A stretch of 64,000 bases of DNA. It comes from a virus. Below are positions 23,553-34,101 of the stretch, piece by piece (positions within the stretch are counted from its first letter, which is position 1; each line of letters starts with the position of its first letter). The position numbers were made by a program, and so were the translations under genes. Under the pieces are notes generated by a model. That model saw only the letters and a list, made by a program, of their open reading frames with translations. It did not search any database and was not told the DNA's origin. Location: positions 1 through 64,000 of the IMG/VR virus record IMGVR_UViG_3300050821_003907. One strand, written 5' to 3'.

Positions 23553-24356
23553 ATGGACGATGCTCGTAGCCTAGAGCTAACCGCGCTACGCGACAAGCGG
23601 CTAGAAGTGTGGCGCACGCTCAAGGATACGCTGGACAGCTTTCAGACGCGCGTCGGTACCATAGATTCTTACGAGGTAAGTACTTATCAGAACATGCATG
23701 AGTACCTAGGCTATCTGGACAAGCAGATTCTAATGCTGCACAGCATTCCGTCTCACACCATGGGACCTGCTTACACGAATACATACGCTAGTGACCTGGT
23801 AGACACAGACCCCGTGCCTAGCGGAATCAACCCTCCGTTGTGTGCTGACCCTGCCTGGAATGCTATGTATTTCGGAGGCGGTGGTACACGGATAAGCGGA
23901 CCTAACAGGACTGTATGGCAGCCTAAAGCACCGCCTTTTGTGTACACGGGACCTGTTCCTAGTGGTGGCCCTGTAGAAGATGGTCCTCATGTACGCTATC
24001 GCAAGCTTGTAGCAGAACGCGAGCGCATGATTTTTGCGTTTTGCTCAGACATTAAACACGGTCGGCCTGAGCAACCAGGGCTTAGTGACGCCATTACGCA
24101 GGCTGATAAAGAAATTGAACAGCTATGCGAACAACTAGGCTACGAGTACTTGCAATGGACGTGTCAATGGAGTGAGTACGCTGACCCTGAGATTAGGTAT
24201 CAGCCCCCACCACCTAAGCCACGCGAGATTGTCGATAAGCTTTTCACGGAAATAACGGGCCTCAATCCAGAAGACACCTATGATGGCTGGAGAGAGGCAT
24301 TTATGAAAACGGGGCTAGTGTCAGCCCTAGAGCACATGAAGGAGCACGTGCGATGA
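23553..24356 (+). CDS. Hypothetical protein
   Basis: 267 aa ORF. Confidence 0.65.
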   Translation: MDDARSLELTALRDKRLEVWRTLKDTLDSFQTRVGTIDSYEVSTYQNMHEYLGYLDKQILMLHSIPSHTMGPAYTNTYASDLVDTDPVPSGINPPLCADPAWNAMYFGGGGTRISGPNRTVWQPKAPPFVYTGPVPSGGPVEDGPHVRYRKLVAERERMIFAFCSDIKHGRPEQPGLSDAITQADKEIEQLCEQLGYEYLQWTCQWSEYADPEIRYQPPPPKPREIVDKLFTEITGLNPEDTYDGWREAFMKTGLVSALEHMKEHVR

Positions 24357-24625
24357 AAATCCCTGGAAAAGCGGGCTGGCGGGGCTGGATAGCAGTGGGG
24401 TTGGTAGTGGCGGCAGCAGAAGCTCTTGACCACACTACTATGAGCGAAGTATTTACTGACTGGTCTCGCACGCCTGTAGGTTGCGTAATAAGTGTGGTCT
24501 CCTGGACCACGCTTACCGCTCACTTGTTCGGGCTTATCCCTGAGCAGTATGACCCTATAGTTTTGTTCGCGGAATATAGCAAGATTCCTCACCGCACTCG
24601 CATTACGATTAAGGCGATTAATTAA
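24353..24625 (+). CDS. Small membrane protein
   Basis: Two hydrophobic segments. Confidence 0.65.
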   Translation: MKIPGKAGWRGWIAVGLVVAAAEALDHTTMSEVFTDWSRTPVGCVISVVSWTTLTAHLFGLIPEQYDPIVLFAEYSKIPHRTRITIKAIN

Positions 24626-25152
24626 TGCCCGTAGGTAGACCCTGGACAGACGAAGAAGTCCAGATAATTAAAGACAACCCTAGCGTTGAAACATCTGTCC
24701 TGGCAGATAAACTCGGACGAACTAAAAGTGCTATTGAGGCTAGACGCTGGAAAATTGCCCCGTCTACTAGACGCGGCAAGGGAATGGCCTGGATGCCTGA
24801 CGATATTGCTTTCGTCAGGGAATACAGGGGGGAAAGCACAAAGCTGCTAGCAGAGATGCTAAGTCGTTCACCGCACGCTATTGCGCAGCTAAAGACTAAA
24901 TTCAACAAGGAAGAGAACACCACGCCCGAACTAGCGGATTTGGACTTGCGTCCGACAGGCTGGTACGAAGATACTATTGGCATCTTGCTTCTCAGCTTTC
25001 CTGATGTCATGGCAACATGGAGGCACTTCCACAAGTATGTTAAAGTCGAGTACGTAGAGACCCAGAAGACAGGCTGGGTTACAGTTAAGTGCTACCGTGA
25101 ATCCGATTGTGCTATGACTGAGGAGGAATTCCTTGAGCTACCGTATTCCTGA
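24625..25152 (+). CDS. Tandem Myb/HTH-like DNA-binding protein
   Basis: Two W(T/M)..(E/D)...L..LA..L.R...AI repeats. Confidence 0.6.
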   Translation: MPVGRPWTDEEVQIIKDNPSVETSVLADKLGRTKSAIEARRWKIAPSTRRGKGMAWMPDDIAFVREYRGESTKLLAEMLSRSPHAIAQLKTKFNKEENTTPELADLDLRPTGWYEDTIGILLLSFPDVMATWRHFHKYVKVEYVETQKTGWVTVKCYRESDCAMTEEEFLELPYS

Positions 25153-25429
25153 GGGTAGCCGTAACGGGGAATGGCGAATTAACCATCAGTACAAGGCTAT
25201 CTGGTGGCAGCTTGAAGCCTCTGATGTGGACCCTGAACTCTGGTACTGGAAACTGCTCAAGGGTGACGAGCCAGTTAATGGCGGGATGGCACCCTCAGTA
25301 GACCGGTGCAAGGGAGAAGCTAACTGGGCATTCAATCGCATCATTGAAGGTACTTTCTGCGCCATAGAGCATTTTGACACGGAACTAGGACGTACTGTGA
25401 CGAGGCTTAAGAGGCCCGATGTTCAGTAA
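25133..25429 (+). CDS. Hypothetical protein
   Basis: ORF. Confidence 0.55.
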   Translation: MSYRIPEGSRNGEWRINHQYKAIWWQLEASDVDPELWYWKLLKGDEPVNGGMAPSVDRCKGEANWAFNRIIEGTFCAIEHFDTELGRTVTRLKRPDVQ

Positions 25430-25611
25430 GCCTGACAAGTATGCTCTTAGCGACGAGCAGTGGGAGCTTGTACTGTACTACGCCAAGCTCGGCATAGAAG
25501 GTTGTTCGTATTGTGACCCAGACGCGCATCCTATAGCGCGCGGAGCTGTCAGGAAGTTCGAAGAATGGCTATTGCGTCAACGGTATCGCAAGTAGTGGTA
25601 AGATTCAGGCT

Positions 25612-25899
25612 ATGGAATTCCCAAAGGCCCTTACCACCGAAGCTTACCGTGTGCCTGCGGCAGGCTTGCTTCCTCATCGCCAGCTAATCCGGTACGTCCG
25701 TGACGGCAAGATTCACGTTGTCCGCGTAATGGCTCGTCCCGAGCAAGTACAGAGCATGGCAAAGGCAGGAACGTACACCCGAATCATGACCGATGCAGGC
25801 TGGACCGACTTTGAATCTGGCGAAATGGTTGGTCAGCTAATAACTGACGAAGGTATCGAAACTCCCTTTAGTACAGACATTCCGCGCAACCTTAAGTAA
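25612..25899 (+). CDS. Hypothetical protein
   Basis: ORF; TAAGAT-N7-ATG. Confidence 0.6.
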   Translation: MEFPKALTTEAYRVPAAGLLPHRQLIRYVRDGKIHVVRVMARPEQVQSMAKAGTYTRIMTDAGWTDFESGEMVGQLITDEGIETPFSTDIPRNLK

Positions 25900-25908
25900 A
25901 ATGGGGGC

Positions 25909-27594
25909 GTGGCCAGCCCCTATTACGACGAAGAGCTTATCGACCTGCCTGATGGCACAACCATAGGTGTCGATGAGCTTATTGGTGCGCAACGGCCCAG
26001 ACTGTGGACAGTACCTCCGCGTCATCGCGTAAAGCAAGACGGTTGCCGTGCATGTGCTAATCCTAACTACCCTACGCTGGGCTGCGGTGATTATGTTTCC
26101 CGCGATATGCTCGACTGGAGCCGGGGCATTGGATACGAACTTGACGACTGGCAAGAATGGTGCATAACTGAGGCTAACGGTGTTAAGCCTAACGGTAAGT
26201 GGGCTGCCATGGAAGCGTGCGTTATCTGCACGCGACAGAATGGCAAGGGCACCATTCTTGAAGTACGGGAGCTAGCAGGGCTCTTCGTACTTAAAGAAGA
26301 GATGATTATCCACACGGCTCACGAATTCAAGACTTCCCGTGTGCATTTCGAGCGCGTGCGGCGCACGATTGAAGGTAATGCCAGCCTTTCCCGCCGTGTT
26401 AGAGAGGTTCGTACTTCACACGGCGAAGAGGGCATCAAGCTAATACGTCGTCGTACTCTCATCATGGGGTCTGACAAGAAATACGTTTACCGTGACGTTG
26501 CTCCTGAACTGAAGTTCCTGGCGCGTTCTCGTTCAGCCGGTCGTGGTTTTACCTGCAACTGCCTTGTGTACGACGAGGCAATGATTCTCACTGAAGAGCA
26601 AGTAGAAGCCTCTGTGCCTACTATGTCTTCGGTTCCTAACTCGCAGATGTTCTACATGGGGTCTTCCGGCATGAAGGACTCCTACCAGCTAGCTAAGATT
26701 CACCGTCGTATTGAGCACGACGAGAAGTCATTGTTCGGTGCAGACTGGAGTATTGACCCTCACCTTGCAACGTGCCCGCGAGATGAGCAGCGAGGTCGCA
26801 AGGCTAACCACTACATCGTGTGTAACCGTCATGATGACCGCGACGACCCGCGTAACTGGGCTAAGGCTAATCCGGCTTTCGGCAAGCGGCTTAGTTATGA
26901 CTTCACGAACAACGTTGAGTTCAAGGGCATGGCTCCTGTCGGTTTTGACCGAGAACGCCTAGGCGTTGGAGAATGGCCTGTAGCTGAGTCTCCCTGGCTC
27001 GTGATAAGTGAAGACTCCTGGCGTGAGCGTACTTGCACCGAGCCTGGCGGTGCCACCAAGCCTATCGTGTTCGGCCTGGACGTAGAGCCGGACGGTAACG
27101 CCGCCACGATTACTGCTGCTTGGCTCATGAAGGACGGACGCAAGGAAGTCACGGTCATCGAAATGCCCGCTGACTGCTACCGGCAGGGAACTGCGTGGGC
27201 TATTCCGCGTCTTAAGGAGCTAATTAAGGCTCACCGTCCAGCGGCAATCGTAATTCCGTCAACCGGTGCCGCTGCGGACCTCAAGGACGAGGCTATTGCT
27301 AACGGCATAGACGTAATGGTGGCAGGACCTACGCATGAAGCCGCTGCATTTGCTCACTTCCGTAACTCTGTGAAGGAAAAGCAGCTAGCTCACCTAGGAG
27401 AAAACAGCCCAAACGGTTCCGCTATCTGGAAAGCCATGGGCAGTGCTGACACGCGCACGACTGGCGACGGTGGTAAAGCCTGGTCGCGCACTAATAGCAA
27501 TTGTGATATTTCTCCGGTAACTTCCGCAACTTTGGCTGCGTGGGGCTTGCACCAGAAGCGCCGTAGTTATGATGTGATGAAGTCTATTGCGTAA
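25909..27594 (+). CDS. terL: Terminase large subunit
   Basis: Walker A TRQNGKG, HTAHEF, VYDEA Walker B, FGLDVE and DISPV nuclease motifs. Confidence 0.95.
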   Translation: MASPYYDEELIDLPDGTTIGVDELIGAQRPRLWTVPPRHRVKQDGCRACANPNYPTLGCGDYVSRDMLDWSRGIGYELDDWQEWCITEANGVKPNGKWAAMEACVICTRQNGKGTILEVRELAGLFVLKEEMIIHTAHEFKTSRVHFERVRRTIEGNASLSRRVREVRTSHGEEGIKLIRRRTLIMGSDKKYVYRDVAPELKFLARSRSAGRGFTCNCLVYDEAMILTEEQVEASVPTMSSVPNSQMFYMGSSGMKDSYQLAKIHRRIEHDEKSLFGADWSIDPHLATCPRDEQRGRKANHYIVCNRHDDRDDPRNWAKANPAFGKRLSYDFTNNVEFKGMAPVGFDRERLGVGEWPVAESPWLVISEDSWRERTCTEPGGATKPIVFGLDVEPDGNAATITAAWLMKDGRKEVTVIEMPADCYRQGTAWAIPRLKELIKAHRPAAIVIPSTGAAADLKDEAIANGIDVMVAGPTHEAAAFAHFRNSVKEKQLAHLGENSPNGSAIWKAMGSADTRTTGDGGKAWSRTNSNCDISPVTSATLAAWGLHQKRRSYDVMKSIA

Positions 27595-27741
27595 ATCTCT
27601 GGTTGATGTGCGAGTAACGAGTAGCAGCACTCGGTTTCACCCGGCATATGTCAAGTATGCAGTCGGGAAGCAGAAGGCACATGGACCGGCTACTGACCAG
27701 AGCATTTAGAATAGCGATAATAGGGAAAGGGCACAAAAAGC

Positions 27742-28020
27742 ATGTCGCAACTATGGATGGACGCCACTCACGATGACAAAGGACCGGCTGAAGGAAATGA
27801 GCACTGGTACCTTCAGCAGCGTACTCACGAAGCAGCATTGTGCTGCGAGCGCGTTGCACAGTCTGAAACGTTGCTAGGTTATGCAGACTCAGCGCAAACT
27901 TACATGGACCTGGCCGCTGAAATCCGGGAAGCCGGAGCCTGGTGGCTAAGCTTGCGCAGTGATGTAGAAAGGTACCACGGAATGTTCGTGCCCGCACCGT
28001 TGAGAGGAGCAGTGGCTTAA
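27742..28020 (+). CDS. Hypothetical protein
   Basis: ORF. Confidence 0.5.
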   Translation: MSQLWMDATHDDKGPAEGNEHWYLQQRTHEAALCCERVAQSETLLGYADSAQTYMDLAAEIREAGAWWLSLRSDVERYHGMFVPAPLRGAVA

Positions 28021-28355
28021 TGACGACTACAGTAGCCGAAATCCAGGAGAAGGTGGTTCAGGCTAACCCTAAGCGGGTTGCCGCCACAACAGCGCTAGGC
28101 GCGCTATCAGTAATCGGCTGGATAATCGGGGTAATTTCCGTAAGTGCCCTCAAGGCTGTAACAACTGTCGGCTGGTGCGTCGGCATTGTAGCCCGGATTG
28201 CCATTAACTGCTGGACTGCGCTAGCGTACGGATTCTGCAAGGGCGCAGGAATAAAGAGCATCAGGAAAGCAGATTTGCAGGCTCCGGCAGGCCCTCCGCA
28301 CATGATTCCCCCTAATAGTTCACCCGGAACCTTCCCCGGAACCTTTATTCAGTAG
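28020..28355 (+). CDS. Membrane protein preceding portal
   Basis: Hydrophobic helices; position. Confidence 0.6.
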   Translation: MTTTVAEIQEKVVQANPKRVAATTALGALSVIGWIIGVISVSALKAVTTVGWCVGIVARIAINCWTALAYGFCKGAGIKSIRKADLQAPAGPPHMIPPNSSPGTFPGTFIQ

Positions 28356-28379
28356 TAAAATGCCTGTACTCTGATATGC

Positions 28380-29927
28380 ATGGGCTATCTAGAAAACCTC
28401 CGGAGCTTCCGGGACGAAGAGCAGCGCGTCATTGGTGGCGTGCCGTGGCGTCCTTGGGATAATCCGTACTGGCGTTTTGACGCTGGTGGCCCAGTTCACC
28501 CTACCCGGCAGTTTTACGGTGTAGACGATGCAATGGGCCTCCCGGCTCTTTACTCTGCTGTTAAGCTGCTGTCTGACAATGCCGCCAGCCTTCCCATTCG
28601 GGTGTACCAGAATTACCGTGACAATAACGGTGACTGGCGGCATTCCCGCTGGATGGGACCGACCCTGTTTGACCATCCCTCTCAAGTAGGCACGCCGTTT
28701 GACTGGATTGCGACTTGCATGGTGTCGTTGCTGCTCCAGGGTAATGCGTGGGGCTTCATCACGAACAGGGACGATTACGAATACCCCACAGGTATTGAGT
28801 GGATACCGCCTGACGACATTTACGTTGAAGACGATGAGCAACAGCCCTGGAATCCTCTTCGCGCTCGCGTTTTCCTGTACGGACGGCAAGTTGACGACTG
28901 GCAGCATGAGCTATTCCACCTTAAGGCTGTCCCTCTTCCCGGTCGTATTGAAGGCATTTCACCTCTGCGTGCATTCGCGGACACTATCTTGACCGGAAAG
29001 ATGACGCAGAAGTACGGCACTGACTGGTTCATGGGTGGCGGTTTTCCTCCTGGCGTGTTCAAGAACTCTGAAATTGAGATTGACAAGGCCCAGGCAGACG
29101 AAGTTCGTGACCAGCTCGTACGTACGCAGCGTCGTCGTGAGCCTCTTGTGGTTGGCCGGGACTGGGATTACAAGCCCATTACCGTTCCGCCTAACGAAGC
29201 TCAGTTCATTGAGGCCATGCAACTTTCGGCTACGCAAATAGCTGCCGTGTACGGCGTTCCTGCGGCACGTGTAGGAGGACTTCCGGCTGGTGGACTGCAC
29301 TACAGTAGCCAGGCACAGGATGCGTTGCAGATTATTGAGTCGCTGCGACCGTGGCTAAAGCGCATGGAATTCTCGTTCTTTGACTGCTTGCCCAAGAAGC
29401 GCTTCACGAAATTCTACACTGACGCATTGCTGGACACTGACCCGAAGACGCGCATGGAAATGTACGTTCAGGAACGTCAGGTTGGCGTGCGTACTGCTGA
29501 CGAGATTCGTGAGCTAATGGACTTGCCGCCACTGCCGAAGAAGATTGGTGAAGAGGCATTGCCGCTTGCCTTGATGCAGGAGATGGCAGCTCGTGCGGGC
29601 GTCATTCCGAAGTCAATCTTGAGTTCCGTGGAATTCGAAATGGACATTGCGGCAGCGCGCCTTGAGCAATATGCCAAGGAGCACCCGAACCTCATGCAGC
29701 CAAAACCACCTCAAGTACAAGATGCGGGCTCGTACTATGCGAGCCTTGTAAGCGCCACCAACCGGGGTAGTGCAGAGGCTGAAGCACAGCTAAGTCGTAT
29801 ATCAGAACGTGCTGTAATACTGGATAAGCACCCTGAATACGTAGGCCCGTGGATTCCGGAGGACCCACTAATAGCGTCACGTAAGCAGAGCAAGGTTAAG
29901 GACCTTGTACTAGACCGTATCGGATAG
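28380..29927 (+). CDS. Portal protein (HK97 family)
   Basis: LLQGNA, GISPL, GGFPPGV, QIAAVYGVP motifs; synteny. Confidence 0.92.
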   Translation: MGYLENLRSFRDEEQRVIGGVPWRPWDNPYWRFDAGGPVHPTRQFYGVDDAMGLPALYSAVKLLSDNAASLPIRVYQNYRDNNGDWRHSRWMGPTLFDHPSQVGTPFDWIATCMVSLLLQGNAWGFITNRDDYEYPTGIEWIPPDDIYVEDDEQQPWNPLRARVFLYGRQVDDWQHELFHLKAVPLPGRIEGISPLRAFADTILTGKMTQKYGTDWFMGGGFPPGVFKNSEIEIDKAQADEVRDQLVRTQRRREPLVVGRDWDYKPITVPPNEAQFIEAMQLSATQIAAVYGVPAARVGGLPAGGLHYSSQAQDALQIIESLRPWLKRMEFSFFDCLPKKRFTKFYTDALLDTDPKTRMEMYVQERQVGVRTADEIRELMDLPPLPKKIGEEALPLALMQEMAARAGVIPKSILSSVEFEMDIAAARLEQYAKEHPNLMQPKPPQVQDAGSYYASLVSATNRGSAEAEAQLSRISERAVILDKHPEYVGPWIPEDPLIASRKQSKVKDLVLDRIG

Positions 29928-30028
29928 CACGTAAAATGAGTATTGTCCAGTTGTCTTGTATAACCTACTATTATGATGAAGAGGGTCAGCAGAACCCTGT
30001 CTGGCAGCCTAAGGAAAGGGTCAGTTAA

Positions 30029-31087
30029 ATGGCTGTTCTTGGTACCCAGGAAGAGAACAACCTTCCTGACTCCGCTTTTGCTTTCATTGAGCCAGGCGGT
30101 CGCAAGGATTCAAGTGGTAAGACCACTCCTCGCAGCCTCCGTCATTTCCCTGTACACGATGAAGCACACGCACGTAACGCTCTTTCCCGGGCTCCTCAGT
30201 CCCCGTACGGCAAGAAGGCCATGCCGAAGATTCTTGCGGCATGCCGTAAGTACGGGGTTACGGTTGACGGACACTCACGGGCGATGTTCGGTGACGACAT
30301 CAGCGACTACTCAGGTGCGCCTGAGCGCCGGTTCGTTCAGTTCCCGCCTGAGATTCGTTCTTCGGCTGCATTCGGTGACCCGAACGCGAAGCACATTTAC
30401 GGTTATGCGAGTGTCTTCAACAAGATGTCCCGCAAGCTGGGCGGCTTCCACGAGCAGGTTCGCTCTACTGCTTTCGATGAGTCCAAGGCTAGCGGCTGGC
30501 CGAACGTGGTCTGCCGTTACAACCACAAGGACGACCAGCTTCTGGGCACCACGCATGCGAGGACCCTTGAGCTGCACATTGACGGACAGGGCCTGCTGTA
30601 CGACGTTATCCCGCCGAACTCTCGCGCGGATGTCCTTGAGTATGTTCAGCGTGGAGACGTTCGCCACAGCTCCTTCGCATTCCGGGTTTACCCCGGTGGT
30701 GACGAATGGGGCCTAAGCGAGTACAACTACCCGCTGCGTACCCTGCACTCCGTTGAGCTGGTGGACGTTGCACCGGTTCTTGACCCGGCTTACCCCGACG
30801 CAACAGCTGGTTCTCGCTCCATGATGCAGGAGCGCGCAATGTCTGGTGCTCTTGAGTCCCTGGCTCAGTGGGTACAGGCTGATGCCGAGGAAGTTCGCTA
30901 CTACCTGGATGAGGGACGTGCAATTGAGTTCTTCAAGCGCACTGACCGCATCATGGGACCGAAGATTAGCAAGACGGACGCTGCTAGCGCATCTCGCGCT
31001 TCCAAGCCTCGTCTATCTGGTGCTCAGGCAATGCTTGCAGCCATGGAGAACATGCGCGACCCGTTCGCGGATGAGGACTTCTCCTAA
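30029..31087 (+). CDS. HK97-family prohead protease with N-terminal extension
   Basis: GYASVF, YNH, SSFAF, VDVAPVLDPAYP; extra LPDSAFAFIEPGG domain. Confidence 0.9.
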   Translation: MAVLGTQEENNLPDSAFAFIEPGGRKDSSGKTTPRSLRHFPVHDEAHARNALSRAPQSPYGKKAMPKILAACRKYGVTVDGHSRAMFGDDISDYSGAPERRFVQFPPEIRSSAAFGDPNAKHIYGYASVFNKMSRKLGGFHEQVRSTAFDESKASGWPNVVCRYNHKDDQLLGTTHARTLELHIDGQGLLYDVIPPNSRADVLEYVQRGDVRHSSFAFRVYPGGDEWGLSEYNYPLRTLHSVELVDVAPVLDPAYPDATAGSRSMMQERAMSGALESLAQWVQADAEEVRYYLDEGRAIEFFKRTDRIMGPKISKTDAASASRASKPRLSGAQAMLAAMENMRDPFADEDFS

Positions 31088-31103
31088 TAACTACTAACCT
31101 CTG

Positions 31104-31139
31104 ATAGGCTAGGTTACGGTAAAACGTAACCTAGCCTAT
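31104..31139 (+). terminator. Perfect 15 bp hairpin after protease gene
   Basis: ATAGGCTAGGTTACG-GTAAAA-CGTAACCTAGCCTAT; no U-tract. Confidence 0.55.
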
Positions 31140-31149
31140 GGAGTTTAAG

Positions 31150-31428
31150 ATGCCTAATGTCGGTCTCGGTATTCAAACAGTAACGCAGACGGCTACTATT
31201 ACGTCTACGTCAATAATCGACCTAGATATTCCGTCTGGCACGGCAGTTATATCATCCGGAATTCAGGTTGCAGGATTTGGGAATGCTCTCATGACAGCAG
31301 ACGGTCCTCACCCTACCGATGACACTAAGTGGCGGTTCCAGGCTTCTGTGGCGGAGCAGAGCGGAGGCAACGGATACAGCGTTAGCGTGACATGCTGGAT
31401 GATTGTCGCTAACGACACAGGGTACTAA
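31150..31428 (+). CDS. Small beta-rich hypothetical protein
   Basis: GGAG RBS before ATG 31150. Confidence 0.6.
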   Translation: MPNVGLGIQTVTQTATITSTSIIDLDIPSGTAVISSGIQVAGFGNALMTADGPHPTDDTKWRFQASVAEQSGGNGYSVSVTCWMIVANDTGY

Positions 31429-31433
31429 GTGAT

Positions 31434-32075
31434 TTGCTCATGAGGCCGCTAGTATCAGTCATAACTCCAACCTGGCAGCGTCACGATGTGCTGCTGCATA
31501 AGTGCGTGCCTACAGTTCAGGCGCAACAAGTGCCTCATGAGCACATCATTATTTCAGACGGTCCTGATACTGCACTAAGTCAGTACGGATGGCCTGCTAG
31601 TGTCCGCTACGCAGAATTGCCACGGCATGACTACGAAAAGCACTGGGGGCACCATGCGCGTCCTTATGGCCTAAGTATGGCACGCGGAGATTTCATTGCT
31701 TACCTGGATGACGATGACCTGTGGGAGCCTGACCATCTTCAGGTGCTGCTATCTGCTCTTCTAGAAGATGAGGAAGCGCAATTTGCTTACACACGTGCAG
31801 AAGTGCACATGACTAAAGGTACCGTACGGATAGGCGACGGTTCTCCCGCGCATGGTCGCGTGCAGACATCTATGCTCATGCATCGCCGTGACCTGCTTAA
31901 CGTAGCCTCTTGGGGGCCAGCTCACCCTGCGGAAGACTGGGAACTAGTTCTATCGTGGCTTAAGGCTGACGTTAAGTACCTATCTATCGACGCTCTTACA
32001 GTTCACTATTACCCGTCAGTGCCTATTGACCCGGAAAAGCGCATACCGGTAACACTCCCTCCGCCAGAACTTTAG
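31434..32075 (+). CDS. Glycosyltransferase family 2
   Basis: VSVITPTW, IIISDG, IAYLDDDD, EDW motifs. Confidence 0.9.
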   Translation: MLMRPLVSVITPTWQRHDVLLHKCVPTVQAQQVPHEHIIISDGPDTALSQYGWPASVRYAELPRHDYEKHWGHHARPYGLSMARGDFIAYLDDDDLWEPDHLQVLLSALLEDEEAQFAYTRAEVHMTKGTVRIGDGSPAHGRVQTSMLMHRRDLLNVASWGPAHPAEDWELVLSWLKADVKYLSIDALTVHYYPSVPIDPEKRIPVTLPPPEL

Positions 32076-32104
32076 AAAAATCTGTGTAGTTTTTCATTTA
32101 GGGG

Positions 32105-32132
32105 TTGTCAATACCCAGTAGCTAGGTACTAT
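32105..32132 (+). promoter_or_regulatory. SigA-like promoter for capsid gene
   Basis: TTGTCA-N16-TACTAT. Confidence 0.5.
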
Positions 32133-32202
32133 GGATAGTGAAATGCCGTGGCCGTAAAAGCCGGAGCCGGTGCCAGCAATTAAACCTAGAAAGGTTAAGC
32201 TA

Positions 32203-33480
32203 GTGGCATCTGAAGTCGCAAAGAGGCTTCGTGACCGGCGCTTGAACGTCTGGAACGAGGCCAAGGGCATTGCAGAGAGCGCTGCTGATGAGAACCGCTC
32301 CTTTACCCCGGATGAGCAGGGTAAGTGGGAGGCTCTTCAGGAAGAGCTTGGCAACATTGACACTCGCCTCAAGGCCGTTCTCGACACCGAGAAGCGCGCC
32401 AAGGAAGCTGACGACGCTTACGACGAGCTGAGTGGCCGTAAGGCTGAGCGCAGCGTGCAGCAGGCGGGTGGTCCTCAGTACGTTGAGGAGCTGCGCCGTT
32501 GGGCACGCGGCGAAGAGGGCAGCAAGTCTGTCTTCGAAGTTCGCCGTCAGGCACCGGGACCGGTTAACTACCGTGTTCTGACCACGGCAGGCGCTGGTTC
32601 CGGAACTAACGCTTCCGGTATCATCCCGACTGACTTCTACGACCAGCTCATCGCGTACCTGATTGAAGTTTCCGGCATCATGCAGTGTGGGCCCACGGTC
32701 CTTAACACTGGCGGTGGCGAGACTCTCCAGATTCCGAAGGCCCTGACTCACACCACGGCAACGTCCGCTGGCCAGAACGCAAGCCTTCCGACCGCTGACC
32801 CGACCTTCACGCTCACCACCCTTGGTGCGCAGAAGTTCGGTGTCCTGATTCAGGTCGCTCGCGAACTGATTGACGACACTGCGGTTGACCTGCTCGGCTA
32901 CCTCGCAATGAGTGCTGGCCGTGCGCTGGGTAACTCCTTCGGTACCTCCCTGGTTAACGGCACCAACGGCATCTCCGGTGGCCTTACGTCCCTCGCGGGC
33001 GCAACCCCGGCTGTCACTGGTGGCCTGACCTCTGCTATCTCCGGTAACGGCGTGGCAACCGGTGGCGCAACATACGCCAACCTGGTTGACATGGAGTACT
33101 CGGTTATCGCTCCCTACCGTCAGTCCCGTAGCTGCTACTGGCTCGCTGCTGACAAGACTGTTGGTTCCTTCCGCAAGCTGACCGACAACAACGGTCGCCC
33201 TGTCTGGGAGCCTTCCGCAGTCCTCGGTGCGCCGGACCTGCTTCTGGGCAAGCCGCTAGTTGCAGACCCGTACATGCCTGCAATCGGCACAAGCGCGCTG
33301 TCCATCGCGTTCGGTGACTTCGCTCAGTACTTCATCCGCCTTGTCGGTGGAGTTCGATTCGAGCGTAGCGACGACTTCGCATTCGGGTCTGACCTGGTGA
33401 CCTTCCGTGCACTACTCCGTGGTGACGGTACACTGGTAGACACCAACGCAATCAAGATGTTCAAGGGCGGCGCAAGCTAA
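32203..33480 (+). CDS. Major capsid protein (HK97 fold, with delta domain)
   Basis: Coiled-coil N-terminus, IIPTDF, ELIDD, LLGKPLV, FGDF, FERS motifs; GTG 32203 after GAAAGG. Confidence 0.92.
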   Translation: MASEVAKRLRDRRLNVWNEAKGIAESAADENRSFTPDEQGKWEALQEELGNIDTRLKAVLDTEKRAKEADDAYDELSGRKAERSVQQAGGPQYVEELRRWARGEEGSKSVFEVRRQAPGPVNYRVLTTAGAGSGTNASGIIPTDFYDQLIAYLIEVSGIMQCGPTVLNTGGGETLQIPKALTHTTATSAGQNASLPTADPTFTLTTLGAQKFGVLIQVARELIDDTAVDLLGYLAMSAGRALGNSFGTSLVNGTNGISGGLTSLAGATPAVTGGLTSAISGNGVATGGATYANLVDMEYSVIAPYRQSRSCYWLAADKTVGSFRKLTDNNGRPVWEPSAVLGAPDLLLGKPLVADPYMPAIGTSALSIAFGDFAQYFIRLVGGVRFERSDDFAFGSDLVTFRALLRGDGTLVDTNAIKMFKGGAS

Positions 33481-33495
33481 CCTGCTGGACCTTGA

Positions 33496-33535
33496 GAAAA
33501 AGGCCGGTAGCCGGTATCGGCTGCCGGTCTTTTTC
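33496..33535. terminator. Bidirectional intrinsic terminator
   Basis: GAAAAAGGCCGGTAGCC-GGTATC-GGCTGCCGGTCTTTTTC. Confidence 0.85.
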
Positions 33536-33559
33536 ATTCGTCACGAACTAGGAGATAAA

Positions 33560-34054
33560 ATGAGCGACGAACGCTCGGTCTGGATTAAGCTCATCGGCCA
33601 GCGTACTGGCTCTCGTTATGATGGCCGCGACTGGCCTGCGCCGGGAGTTCCGTTTGAGGTCCCGGAATGGGAGGGTACTGCTCTCACTAAAATCAAGGAT
33701 GCTATCTACACTTCTGACGAAGAAGTGGCGGACATTTCTCAGCCGAAGGTTGATTCCGACGTAGTGCCGCTGGAAGAGCCAGTTGAGCGTGAGTATCACG
33801 GTGGCGAGCCTGTTTCTTCTCCGAAGGTAGATGAAGAGGTAGCTCCCGTTGAGGAAAACCTTGAAGTAGCTGAGGAGCCTACTGAGGAAGTTGCGGTTGA
33901 GGAAGACACAGCAGAAGAGGCTCCCAAGCCTCCGGCCCCTTACGCTTCCAAGGCCGACTGGGTGAATTACGCAGTAAATCAGGGACATAACGCAGACGAC
34001 GCGTCATCTTTGACGAAGTCAGACCTACAGAGCCGCTATGGTGGACGCCTTTAA
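33560..34054 (+). CDS. Acidic hypothetical protein (post-capsid)
   Basis: AGGAG RBS; C-terminal SKADWVNYA...LTKSDL motif. Confidence 0.7.
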   Translation: MSDERSVWIKLIGQRTGSRYDGRDWPAPGVPFEVPEWEGTALTKIKDAIYTSDEEVADISQPKVDSDVVPLEEPVEREYHGGEPVSSPKVDEEVAPVEENLEVAEEPTEEVAVEEDTAEEAPKPPAPYASKADWVNYAVNQGHNADDASSLTKSDLQSRYGGRL

Positions 34055-34101
34055 TGGCTTACACTGAATAAGACGGCACCGTAACGAAAGGTGTAATAAA
34101 A

